From Promethearchaeati archaeon (lineage in GTDB: Archaea > Asgardarchaeota > Heimdallarchaeia > Heimdallarchaeales > Heimdallarchaeaceae), in assembly GCA_013166775.1 (NCBI GenBank), contig JABLTJ010000004.1, positions 64,001-128,000 of the forward strand: a stretch of 64,000 bases of DNA, given 5' to 3'. The notes under the pieces are model-generated. The model made no database searches and was not told the DNA's origin. It was given only the letters and a program-made list of their open reading frames with translations. Made by a program: the position numbers and the translations under genes. This document shows, one piece after another, positions 30,323-39,385 of this stretch. How positions within the stretch are numbered: the first letter of the stretch is position 1; every line of letters starts with the position of its first letter.

Positions 30323-31186
30323 CTACATTTCTGGTTGTTGTGCATCGATAAGCAAAATTATTGTCATTTCAGCCACAGGAATTATGACATATACTAATAC
30401 AGCCATTAAAACTGTCGAATTTCCCTCTGATCCACCTAACATTGACATCATAGCTAATATAACTATGAAGAATATTGGTGCAACTACTCCCAAGACCATG
30501 AATAATTCTGCCATTAAGCCTAACGATTCTATAAAATTCTTCTCGCTTTGCACTTTATCATTCATGAGAGATTCAGTTGAAACTTCAAGATATCTTTGTA
30601 ATTCTCCACCAGATGTAAAGGTTCCAACTATTCCTTCAAGAAAACTTGAGTATTTGGGGGAAGGAGATCTTAATGATGCTTCACTTAAAGCATGAACTAT
30701 ATCATATCCAAAGACATGAATGTCTCTTGATATCTTTTTAGCATCTTTCACAATAGCTTTTCCCATAGATTCTTTAGTCAAAGCTAGAAATATTCTATCT
30801 GGTGTAACTCCAGCTGAAGACATTGCTGTCATATAACTTGAAGCTGTTGGTAAAGCGGCTTCTAGCTTTCTCTTTCGTTCTCCTACCAAATAGCTAGGAT
30901 AAATCCACGTATAGACGAACATTCCTATGAAAACCATAACTGGAAGTAAGAATACTAAAACCCAGGAAAATGTAGGAACAGCTATTCTAACAGCTATTAA
31001 AAGGACTAAAGATACAACAGCGATAATAACTGCCCAGAAAATCCTCACACTCAGATACATTCTTAGACTTTGTTCAAGTCCAGCCTTTCTGAGCGTAACT
31101 TTTAAACCTTCAAATTCTGCAAGATAAGGTTCAACAATTCTACCTACGAATGAATAAGCAAACGATTCCACTATTTTTGAGCTCAT
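30323..31186 (-). CDS. Type IV pilus membrane platform protein (T2SS-F, TadB/PilC)
   Basis: LRKAG, LP.ASSYM.AMSSAG, FGYDI..AL, SPS, SGGEL..YL. Confidence 0.9.
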   Translation of the reverse strand: MSSKIVESFAYSFVGRIVEPYLAEFEGLKVTLRKAGLEQSLRMYLSVRIFWAVIIAVVSLVLLIAVRIAVPTFSWVLVFLLPVMVFIGMFVYTWIYPSYLVGERKRKLEAALPTASSYMTAMSSAGVTPDRIFLALTKESMGKAIVKDAKKISRDIHVFGYDIVHALSEASLRSPSPKYSSFLEGIVGTFTSGGELQRYLEVSTESLMNDKVQSEKNFIESLGLMAELFMVLGVVAPIFFIVILAMMSMLGGSEGNSTVLMAVLVYVIIPVAEMTIILLIDAQQPEM

Positions 31187-31220
31187 TATAATTTCCTCGA
31201 GTTTATGTCTTTGAATCTAC

Positions 31221-31253
31221 TCTACAAAAGTATATTGTAGAATGACTATTTAA
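31221..31253 (-). promoter_or_regulatory. Putative promoter of the pilus platform operon: TATA-like TTAAATAG followed by inverted repeat TCTACAA-N7-TTGTAGA
   Basis: Perfect 7-bp arms at 31221-31227 and 31235-31241; minus-strand TTAAATAG at 31253-31246; IR lies ~35 bp upstream of the ATG at 31186. Confidence 0.45.
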
Positions 31254-31488
31254 CATTTGCTCGTGTAAAGTTTAACAAACAAATATTAGAAACTTTTTCT
31301 AGATGCAAATCGAAATATATTAAAAATTATTTAAAAATATAAAGTGATTTTAGATTTAAAGTTGTACATCAATATACTTCTTCTTTTTTATTGAAATAGG
31401 CTTTAAAACGTGGAAAAGGACAGAATTCATTACTCTAAAGATGAGACTATCGCCAAGTATAAAAATGATAATTAATAATTCCACTTGT

Positions 31489-32232
31489 ATGAGTCTTTAT
31501 ATTATCCAGCCTACTGGAGAAATGACTGAATGTGAGAATAAAGAAGTTGCTCTTTCTTCAGACAATGTTTTGCTTGTTATCTCTCATGAACAGAAGAGAA
31601 TCTATACATGGATAGGAAATCAAGCAGCTCCACATTCAAAATTTGCATGTGCTAGAGAAACTGCGCGAATTAGGATGGAACTAGGATATAAAATCATGAA
31701 CTTAGAAGAATCTGAAACAAATAATGAATTTTTAGAAGCTGTTGATGAAGCTTGTAATATAGCAAAAAAACCAACCAAAAAACCAACTCCTGTTAAGAAA
31801 CCAGAACCTACTCCAGAGGCCAAGAAAGATGAAAAAACTAAAACTGAAACCAAACCTAAACCAGCAACAAAAACAGCAGCTGAACCAAAACCAAAAACAA
31901 CTGCAACAAAAACAACAACTAAAACAAAACCAAAAATCGAACCTAAAAAAGATACAACTCGTCGATACAGTAGTACAGCTATTAAAAGTCAAATTGTTGA
32001 TGTAGAACATGTCATAAAACAGCTTGAGATTTTGCAACCTATGAGTGATAGTATTAGAGACTATGTTATAATTGGGGATACGCTTTTTGTTGCTCCAGAA
32101 AATCTCGAAAAACCAGATACAGAATCGAAAGTATCTCTTCCAGATGGATCATTTGTAGCAGATGATTATATTCCCAGATTATTTTTGGAAAATGGTAAAA
32201 TTGTTGCTATTGAATTATGGAGAGAATCTTAA
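31489..32232 (+). CDS. Asgard gelsolin-domain protein (single gelsolin domain, K/P/T-rich linker, C-terminal domain)
   Basis: LSSDNVLLVI...IYTWIG...KF..AR...EESE...EFLE is the gelsolin repeat consensus; ORF open from 31441. Confidence 0.8.
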   Translation: MSLYIIQPTGEMTECENKEVALSSDNVLLVISHEQKRIYTWIGNQAAPHSKFACARETARIRMELGYKIMNLEESETNNEFLEAVDEACNIAKKPTKKPTPVKKPEPTPEAKKDEKTKTETKPKPATKTAAEPKPKTTATKTTTKTKPKIEPKKDTTRRYSSTAIKSQIVDVEHVIKQLEILQPMSDSIRDYVIIGDTLFVAPENLEKPDTESKVSLPDGSFVADDYIPRLFLENGKIVAIELWRES

Positions 32233-32762
32233 AGATCTCTGTTTTCCATTACTTTCTTAGCAATTATTGAGTAGATATCTTCTACTCCTTCTCCTAATTT
32301 AGCTGAAGATTCTAGAACAGTATAACCTTTTGCTCCCCATTCTTTACTTACTTCATCGTAAGAAACCGCTCGTTCTTCTTTAAGATCAGTTTTATTTCCA
32401 ACTATGATAATGGGTATATCAGGGCACCTTTCTCTAACTTCAGCAATCCAATTGTTAAGGTGTTCATAGGTTTCTTTTCTTGTAACATCGAAAACTACTA
32501 CTGCACCGTGAGAACCAGTATAATATCTTTTTCTTAAACTAACTAGTTTTTCTTGACCTACTGTATCAAACAAAACAACTCTTAGAGTAGTATCTTCATC
32601 AAATTGGATGTTTTTAGAGTGGAAGTCAACCCCAAGAGTAGGCAAATAGGAAGAAGAGAATCGATTTTGAGTGTATCTTAACGCTAAACTTGTTTTTCCT
32701 ACACTATAATCTCCAATGTTAAGGATTTTAATGATGTAAGTTACATTAGGGGTTAAGCTCAT
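32229..32762 (-). CDS. Rab-like small GTPase
   Basis: G1 GDYSVGKTS, G2 PTLGVDF, G3 DTVGQE, G4 NKTD, G5 SAK; no C-terminal Cys; ORF open to 32795. Confidence 0.92.
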   Translation of the reverse strand: MSLTPNVTYIIKILNIGDYSVGKTSLALRYTQNRFSSSYLPTLGVDFHSKNIQFDEDTTLRVVLFDTVGQEKLVSLRKRYYTGSHGAVVVFDVTRKETYEHLNNWIAEVRERCPDIPIIIVGNKTDLKEERAVSYDEVSKEWGAKGYTVLESSAKLGEGVEDIYSIIAKKVMENRDL

Positions 32763-32935
32763 TAAGTGGATATTGCATAAAGGATATTTGAGCATTGTGT
32801 TATCTTTCTTTTACATCTAACTCAAATTTTAAAAATATCTCATCTGAAAATTCTATCAATCAGTTCTTTAATGAAAAGATTGAAATTGCTTTTCTTAAAT
32901 ACTTAGTAGAGAGAACACTCACAGATTTGAGAGAA

Positions 32936-33646
32936 ATGGAAAAAACTTATGCAGATTTGACTATTATCATTCCTACTTTGAACGAAGAAGAAGCTATAAC
33001 TATTATACTTCATAAAATAGATGAATGTGTATCTAAGACTAATATAATTATTGCAGATGATGGATCAACTGACAGAACAAAAGAACTTGTCGAATCTTTT
33101 GATGGGAGTATTGATGTACTATTTTTAGATAGAAAAGAAAAAAAAATCCATGGTTTAACCATTAGTGTATTAGATGCAATAAAAAACTGTAAAACACCAA
33201 TGTTTCTAGTAATGGATGGTGATCTTCAACACCCTCCTGACAAGATAAAAGACTTTTATGATATTTTGAAGAAGGATTATGAACTTGTTGGAGGTAGAAG
33301 AATCAAAGTATTAGGAAAATGGCCTCTTCATAGAAGATTGATGTCTATTATGGCATCTTCAGCTGGTAAAATTTCTTTATTTCTTAGAAGAAAGAATAAA
33401 GTAAAAGATATTATGTCTGGTTTTTTCGCTTCAAAAACAGAATTATGGCAGAAACTATTAGTGGAAAAAGAAACTGAATTCACATTAGAGGGGTATAAAG
33501 TTCTTTTTGATTTCTTGAAAATTTATCCTTCTAAATTGAAAATAGGTCACGTGGATTATGTCTTTGGAATACGTGGTTATGGAGAATCAAAAATTAGCAG
33601 TAAAGTTATTTGGTTATACTTCAAATCCCTATTTAAAAAAGCTTGA
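32936..33646 (+). CDS. GT2 glycosyltransferase (dolichol-phosphate mannosyltransferase-like)
   Basis: IIIPTLNE, DDGSTDRT, MDGDLQHPP, D.MSGFF, R..GESK; ORF open from 32795. Confidence 0.9.
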   Translation: MEKTYADLTIIIPTLNEEEAITIILHKIDECVSKTNIIIADDGSTDRTKELVESFDGSIDVLFLDRKEKKIHGLTISVLDAIKNCKTPMFLVMDGDLQHPPDKIKDFYDILKKDYELVGGRRIKVLGKWPLHRRLMSIMASSAGKISLFLRRKNKVKDIMSGFFASKTELWQKLLVEKETEFTLEGYKVLFDFLKIYPSKLKIGHVDYVFGIRGYGESKISSKVIWLYFKSLFKKA

Positions 33647-33666
33647 AAAAGAAGATGATGGTGAAT

Positions 33667-34359
33667 TTAGACTCCTATAAGATGCTCTTTATAGTCATAC
33701 ACTGTTTCTAAGAATTCTTGCATGAGTTCAGGATTCTTTATACCAGGTATTTTTTCAACACCTGAGGAAATATCTACAGCGTTGGGAGAAAGAGCTTTTG
33801 TTATTTCCCCAATATTAGATGTTTTTAAACCTCCACCAATAATGAGTGGTTTAGTTACAACATTTTTGATTTCATAGATAATCTTAATCAATTTCTCCTT
33901 TTTGTTCTGAGAATCCCAGTTTAATCCTAGTGGTAAATTGATGTTTATTGCGTGAACATAAGAATCTAGCATTTGTACAGCTTTGATAGGATCTGTATCA
34001 AGAATATTCGATTCCAGGGTTTCCTTATCCATGAAGATAGAACCAATTATCGGAATAGTTGTTATTGATTGAACAGCAATAAGAGTATTGATATCATTAA
34101 AGAATAGACCATTAATTTGAATCATATCTGGATTACAAATTTCCTGAATTTCAAAAATATCATCAATTGTAGAAGGAACAATTTCTGCAATTGTTACACA
34201 ATTTTCCATACTTGCAAAAATCCTTCTTGCATCGAATTTACTTACAGCTCTAATTTCATTAATATTATCTATTATTGCTCCTATAGCAAATTCAGGGGAA
34301 ACATCTACTGATATTGCTGATTCAAAGTCAGTAACACCAGAAATTTTTGCAATCCACAA
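33667..34359 (-). CDS. trpF: Phosphoribosylanthranilate isomerase-like TIM barrel (divergent TrpF)
   Basis: AKISGVT, IQING, PLIIGGGL..SNI, AVDISSGVE..PGIKN. Confidence 0.7.
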   Translation of the reverse strand: MWIAKISGVTDFESAISVDVSPEFAIGAIIDNINEIRAVSKFDARRIFASMENCVTIAEIVPSTIDDIFEIQEICNPDMIQINGLFFNDINTLIAVQSITTIPIIGSIFMDKETLESNILDTDPIKAVQMLDSYVHAININLPLGLNWDSQNKKEKLIKIIYEIKNVVTKPLIIGGGLKTSNIGEITKALSPNAVDISSGVEKIPGIKNPELMQEFLETVYDYKEHLIGV

Positions 34360-34526
34360 TCTTAGTTACCTCAAATTGTAATATTTGATAGGGTTTTAAT
34401 ATTTTCCCCATGAAACTAGAATTGACATAACAGAATGATATCCCGAATGTATCTGCGACTTGACAAGTATAATTTCTGGATATTACAAAAGACCATATTC
34501 TATTACCCAAATATTATAGTGATTAT

Positions 34527-34859
34527 ATGACAACGAAGGATACATTTCTCAGTTACAAATTGGAAAAAGCTATCGCTAGAATAAAGACTCACAATGGGTA
34601 TAATGATTCTCCTCTATTTCTAGAGATATGTAACTGTCCAAGTAAAGGAGGTTCATTATATTTCGATACTAAGAAAAACACCTATTTTGGAAAAGGTTCA
34701 TGCAACAGAGGTCTTCTTTGTTCTAAGATTCAAGTCGATAAACATCAAGTAAGAATTCGTAAAGCACTACCTATAGAATTAGAAAGTGGTTCAATTAATC
34801 AAGAAAAAATCTTACTCAAAAATCAAGATTTGAATATCTCTGCTAGAATTATTTCTTAA
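34527..34859 (+). CDS. Hypothetical Cys-containing protein
   Basis: 110-aa ORF filling the intergenic gap; CNC...C...C. Confidence 0.5.
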   Translation: MTTKDTFLSYKLEKAIARIKTHNGYNDSPLFLEICNCPSKGGSLYFDTKKNTYFGKGSCNRGLLCSKIQVDKHQVRIRKALPIELESGSINQEKILLKNQDLNISARIIS

Positions 34860-34954
34860 AATTAGTGAAATTTCAAAGCTTCTCCATACAATGATTGTTT
34901 AGATTTATAAAGAACAATCAAATATTTAAACACAAAATTATATCGAGTGTTAGG

Positions 34955-36673
34955 ATGAATAACGCTGACGAGATTCTTTACAAAGAAGCTTTAATTAACG
35001 CATTCAAATACGGATCAGCTGAAGTTAAGATTGTTTTTAAGAAGATTATGGCTAATTATCCTAATTTAAGAGAAAAATCTAAAGAACTCTACCCAAAATT
35101 AGAAAAAATTATCAAAGAAGTTAATTCATTTTCTGAAGAGAAAATAACAGAAATTGTTGAAAGCAAATATCCTGAGGAAATTATCTTTGAGAAGAAAGAA
35201 CGAGTGGTTCTTCCGGATTTACCAAATGCTGTGGAAGGAAAAGTAGTAGTTCGTTACCCTCCTGAACCATCTAAACATCCCCATATTGGTCAAATGCTTT
35301 CATTTTGTATTAATCATCTCATAGCAGAAAAGTACAAAGGAAGGAGAGTTCTACGTTTCGATGATACAAACCCAGAGAGGATAAAAAAAGAATTCTACGA
35401 AGGTTTTCGTGAAGCAATATCATGGATGGAATTAAAGATCGATCAAGAAGTTTTGGCTTCCAACTATATGGGAACCTATTATCAAAAAGCGGAAAAACTA
35501 ATCAAGAATAATGATGCTTTTGTTTGTTCATGTAAAAGAGAAGCATTCTCAAAGCTAAGAGCTGAAGGAAAACCTTGTCAATGCAATTTGAACCATTCAA
35601 CAGAAAGGAACATGGAATTATTTGAAAAGATGTTAGAAGGGGAATTCTCATCAGGAGAAGCGGTTCTTAGATTAAGAGGAGACATGCAATCGGATAATTC
35701 TGCATTAAGAGATCCCGTTTTACTAAGGATATCCAAATTTCCTCATGCAATTCAAGGAGATAAATTTCATATTTGGCCGATGTATGATTTTGAATCTCCT
35801 ATTATGGAAGAGATAACAGGAGTTACTCATATCTTCAGAAGCATAGAATTCGGAAAAATGAGAGAAGAACTCCAGTCTCTAATTTCAAAGAAACTAAATA
35901 TTATTCCCCCAGAGTTTTACGAGTACAGTAGATTTAACATAATAGGTGCTCCAACACAAGGAAGAATTATTAGAGAACTTGTAGAAGAAGGTGTAGTAAA
36001 GGGTTGGGACGATTACCGTTTGGTGACATATCAAGCATTGAAGAAAAGAGGGATTCAACCACAAGTTTTTTCAGAGATTGTGGAAAGGGTTGGTATTACA
36101 AAATCCACTACCAATATTGATTGGTCATTAATATTCTCAATCAACAGGAAAATAATCGAACCGATATCAAAACACTATTTCTTTGTAGATGAACCGATTG
36201 AGATTGTATTATTAAATCCAAAATCTGTGGAGCTTGAAATCCCTTTACATCCCTATAATCAAGATTTAGGGAAGAGAAAAGTCAAAGTTAACAATACATT
36301 GTATCTAAGTGGTACTGATAAGAACCTGCTTAGAAAAGATGAAATTCTTAGAATGAAAGATCTCTACAACATCAGAATTACAAAAAAAATCACAGAAGAA
36401 AAATACGAAGCAGAAATTTGTGGAGAAGAATTGCTCCCAAAGATTCCTCGTCTTCAATGGGTTTCTGAACCCGTAGAAATAGAGATTGTTAAACCAGAAA
36501 TGTTATATTTAAATAATCGAATTAACAAAGATAGTCTAGGGTATATCACTGGCTTCGGTGAGAAAAGTATTTCTAGCCTTAAAATAGGAGAAATTGTTCA
36601 ACTTGAACGCTTTGGATATACAAAAGTTAATAAGAAGAACGATAACATAAAAATGAACTACATTCATGGATGA
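34955..36673 (+). CDS. gltX: Glutamate--tRNA ligase, archaeal type
   Basis: RYPPEPS..HIGQ, LRFDDTNP, RDPV..R, WPMYDF, GWDD.RL.T...RRG-like, QLERFGY; ORF open from 34895. Confidence 0.92.
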   Translation: MNNADEILYKEALINAFKYGSAEVKIVFKKIMANYPNLREKSKELYPKLEKIIKEVNSFSEEKITEIVESKYPEEIIFEKKERVVLPDLPNAVEGKVVVRYPPEPSKHPHIGQMLSFCINHLIAEKYKGRRVLRFDDTNPERIKKEFYEGFREAISWMELKIDQEVLASNYMGTYYQKAEKLIKNNDAFVCSCKREAFSKLRAEGKPCQCNLNHSTERNMELFEKMLEGEFSSGEAVLRLRGDMQSDNSALRDPVLLRISKFPHAIQGDKFHIWPMYDFESPIMEEITGVTHIFRSIEFGKMREELQSLISKKLNIIPPEFYEYSRFNIIGAPTQGRIIRELVEEGVVKGWDDYRLVTYQALKKRGIQPQVFSEIVERVGITKSTTNIDWSLIFSINRKIIEPISKHYFFVDEPIEIVLLNPKSVELEIPLHPYNQDLGKRKVKVNNTLYLSGTDKNLLRKDEILRMKDLYNIRITKKITEEKYEAEICGEELLPKIPRLQWVSEPVEIEIVKPEMLYLNNRINKDSLGYITGFGEKSISSLKIGEIVQLERFGYTKVNKKNDNIKMNYIHG

Positions 36674-36683
36674 TGTTTAAAAT

Positions 36684-37601
36684 ATGGAATATGGACTACT
36701 AATATTTCTGATATTCATTGCTTTATCTCTCATAGTTGCAGCAAGAGCTGGTATTAAGAGTAAACAAAAAAAACAAGCACCGAAGAAAAGATACAAACCT
36801 TATCAACCTTATGGACAACAGGAATCCATAGTTCAAACTCCAACTAGAGCGACAACTCCTAGACAGGTATCTGCCCCACCTAGCCAATCCGAATCAAGAG
36901 CTGCATACGCAAGTGCAGACGAATTTTTTAGAGCTGGGATGTACGACAGAGCAAAAGAAGAATACCTAAAAACTGGAAGAGTGTTTGGAGCAGCAAAATC
37001 TATAGCAGCTAAAGGTAGAGAATTCATACCTGATGCGTTACAAATTATTTCTAGGTACGCACCTGAAAGAGAAGAGGAAATGGTCAGAAACCTTTCACGA
37101 TATTTCTTTGATAGTGGAGAAACTGAAATTTCTGCTCTGATTCTTTCTGAAAGCGGTTTAACAGGAGAAGCTGATGCTGTTTTAGCTACAATTGGAAAAA
37201 CAATTGATGATATAGCTCTTGGAGAGGTAGTGGAAGTAACCTCAATAGAACAAATCGTATCAGAAGAAGAAATGGCTGATACTCAAAAAAGTCTTGAAGA
37301 ATTAGAAGTAATTGCTGCTGAAACTAAAGAGACAGAAGAAGATGAGATAATAATTAAAGAAAAGGAAAAGAAAGTGGTTGAAGTGAAACGTATAACTACA
37401 CAACCTCTTAAGATTGCAACCTCTGCCTTAGAAGATAGATGCAGTGTCTGTATGTCTCCAATTAAAGCAGGAGAAAGTTTTGTAAGATGTCCACACTGTG
37501 AAATTCCTTCGCATTATTCTCATATAGTTGAGTGGATAAAAGTCAAACCTCAATGCCCTAACTGCAGAAAGAAGTTAGTCTCAAAAATGTTTCAAGAATA
37601 G
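36684..37601 (+). CDS. Membrane-anchored RING-finger protein (putative E3 ligase)
   Basis: N-terminal TM helix; helical middle; C-terminal CSVC..CPHC..H..H..W....CPNC. Confidence 0.8.
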   Translation: MEYGLLIFLIFIALSLIVAARAGIKSKQKKQAPKKRYKPYQPYGQQESIVQTPTRATTPRQVSAPPSQSESRAAYASADEFFRAGMYDRAKEEYLKTGRVFGAAKSIAAKGREFIPDALQIISRYAPEREEEMVRNLSRYFFDSGETEISALILSESGLTGEADAVLATIGKTIDDIALGEVVEVTSIEQIVSEEEMADTQKSLEELEVIAAETKETEEDEIIIKEKEKKVVEVKRITTQPLKIATSALEDRCSVCMSPIKAGESFVRCPHCEIPSHYSHIVEWIKVKPQCPNCRKKLVSKMFQE

Positions 37602-37638
37602 AGAAAAGAGTTAAAAACATATTTGTTATGAAAACATC

Positions 37639-38115
37639 ATGGTATTCTTACCTCCTTTTTCAAAAGAGACAATTCGAGAATATATTGATTTGAAAACTCA
37701 AACACAAATTGCAGGATTCGATCTATCAGTTAAAGAAATCATGTACTTGGAAGATGGGGGAGTATTAGACTTTGATAATTCAAAAAGATTAATTCCACAG
37801 CATGAGCTATTAGAAAAAAAGGATGATGCGTGGATGCTTAAACCTGGAGGGTATCTAGTTAGATATAATGAGATTGTTGAAGTTCCATATGATGCTGTTG
37901 GAATTGTGTTACCTCGATCAAGCTTAATGCGATGTGGTGCAACAATCTTCTCTGCTATTTGGGATCCTGGATATAAGGGTAGAGGAATAGGATTAATGGT
38001 AACCTATGCAGAAATAAAAATACATCAAAATACAAGAATAGCTCAAATAATGTTCATTAGAACAATGGAGAAAACAAAGAAAGGGTATTCTGGAGATTAT
38101 CAAAATGAAAGATAA
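37639..38115 (+). CDS. dut: dUTPase (trimeric dUTPase/dCTP deaminase family)
   Basis: GFDLS, PRSSL.R.G, WDPGY.G, RIAQ, GY.G.YQ. Confidence 0.85.
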   Translation: MVFLPPFSKETIREYIDLKTQTQIAGFDLSVKEIMYLEDGGVLDFDNSKRLIPQHELLEKKDDAWMLKPGGYLVRYNEIVEVPYDAVGIVLPRSSLMRCGATIFSAIWDPGYKGRGIGLMVTYAEIKIHQNTRIAQIMFIRTMEKTKKGYSGDYQNER

Positions 38116-38212
38116 GAGGAAAATGTTAAAAATAATAGTTTTATCTACTCAATACGCATTTTTTATATATTAAAATCTAAATAGTGAAATAGCAGACAAA
38201 GAAAGTGAGAAT

Positions 38213-39319
38213 ATGTCAAAGAAAGCTGATCCACCTAAAAGTACTAAGCAAGCTACTTCAAAAACTCCTGATGAGAAGAAAAAACCAAAAGAGGCAGAAG
38301 ATTGGATAGCGGAAATTATTCCAAAAAAGAAAAAACCTAGTGTTCAGAAACCAAGTGACGATGACCTAAGTGATGTAGCTGTAAATAAAATTCCAGGAAT
38401 CGGTCCTGCAGTTTCAGAAAAACTCATGTCTGCAGGTTACTTAACCTTAGCAGCTGTTGCACATGCATCTCCGTACGAACTAGTAGAACACTGTGAGATA
38501 GGAGAACAAACAGCAAAAAGACTAATTACAGCAGCTAGAAGTCAAATTGGAGTAGGTTTCAAAAGTGCAAAATCATTACTTGAGAGTAGACAAAAACTTC
38601 AAATGATTCCTACAGGAAGCAAAGCACTTGATACATTATTAAAAGGAGGGATAGAAACAAGTTCTTTGACAGAAATATCAGGAGAATTCAGAACTGGAAA
38701 AACACAAATCTGCTTCCAGTTGTGTGTAATGACTGCTATGGAGAAGAAAAACGGTGGATTGGAATCTGGTGTTATTTTCATTGATACAGAGGGAACTTTT
38801 CGACCGGAAAGAATAGTTCAAATTTGTAGTAGATTCGGAGCAGATCCGGATGATATTTTGAGTAGAATTCATGTAGGAAGAGCGTACAATTCGGATCATC
38901 AGATGGTCTTAGTTCTAGAAAGTCCAATATTGATCAAAGAGAAAAATGTTAAACTGATGATAATTGATTCACTAACCAGTCATTTTAGAGCTGAATTTAC
39001 AGGTAGAGGAGCTCTTCTAGAGAGACAACAAAAACTAAACAAGTATTTGCATCAACTGCTCAGACTTGGTGAAGTTTATGATATAGCAACTGTAGCAACG
39101 AACCAAGTATTATCAAAACCCGATGTACTTTATGGAGAAACTATTTTCCCAATAGGAGGGAATATTGTTGCACATTCATGTACGACTAGAATTTTCTTAA
39201 GGAAAGGAAAGGGAGATAAAAGAATAGCAAGAGTGATAGATAGCCCCCACATCCCTGAGATTGAAACTATCTTTAGTATAACCGAAGAAGGGATAGTTGA
39301 TATTGAAGATTCCAGCTAG
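38213..39319 (+). CDS. radA: DNA repair and recombination protein RadA
   Basis: N-terminal HhH domain IPGIGP; GEFRTGKTQ; IDTEGTFRPER; IDSLTSHFRAE; TNQV; GGNIVAH. Confidence 0.95.
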   Translation: MSKKADPPKSTKQATSKTPDEKKKPKEAEDWIAEIIPKKKKPSVQKPSDDDLSDVAVNKIPGIGPAVSEKLMSAGYLTLAAVAHASPYELVEHCEIGEQTAKRLITAARSQIGVGFKSAKSLLESRQKLQMIPTGSKALDTLLKGGIETSSLTEISGEFRTGKTQICFQLCVMTAMEKKNGGLESGVIFIDTEGTFRPERIVQICSRFGADPDDILSRIHVGRAYNSDHQMVLVLESPILIKEKNVKLMIIDSLTSHFRAEFTGRGALLERQQKLNKYLHQLLRLGEVYDIATVATNQVLSKPDVLYGETIFPIGGNIVAHSCTTRIFLRKGKGDKRIARVIDSPHIPEIETIFSITEEGIVDIEDSS

Positions 39320-39385
39320 GAATGTAACAACATTTAAGTAAGACGTTTAACTCTGTCAGATAAGAAAATTAATCTCGTAAAGAGA

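Noticed and set aside
22785-31186. Archaellum operon
   Set aside because: No flaH/flaF/flaG or archaellin-type genes; two separate T2SS-F genes rather than one flaJ
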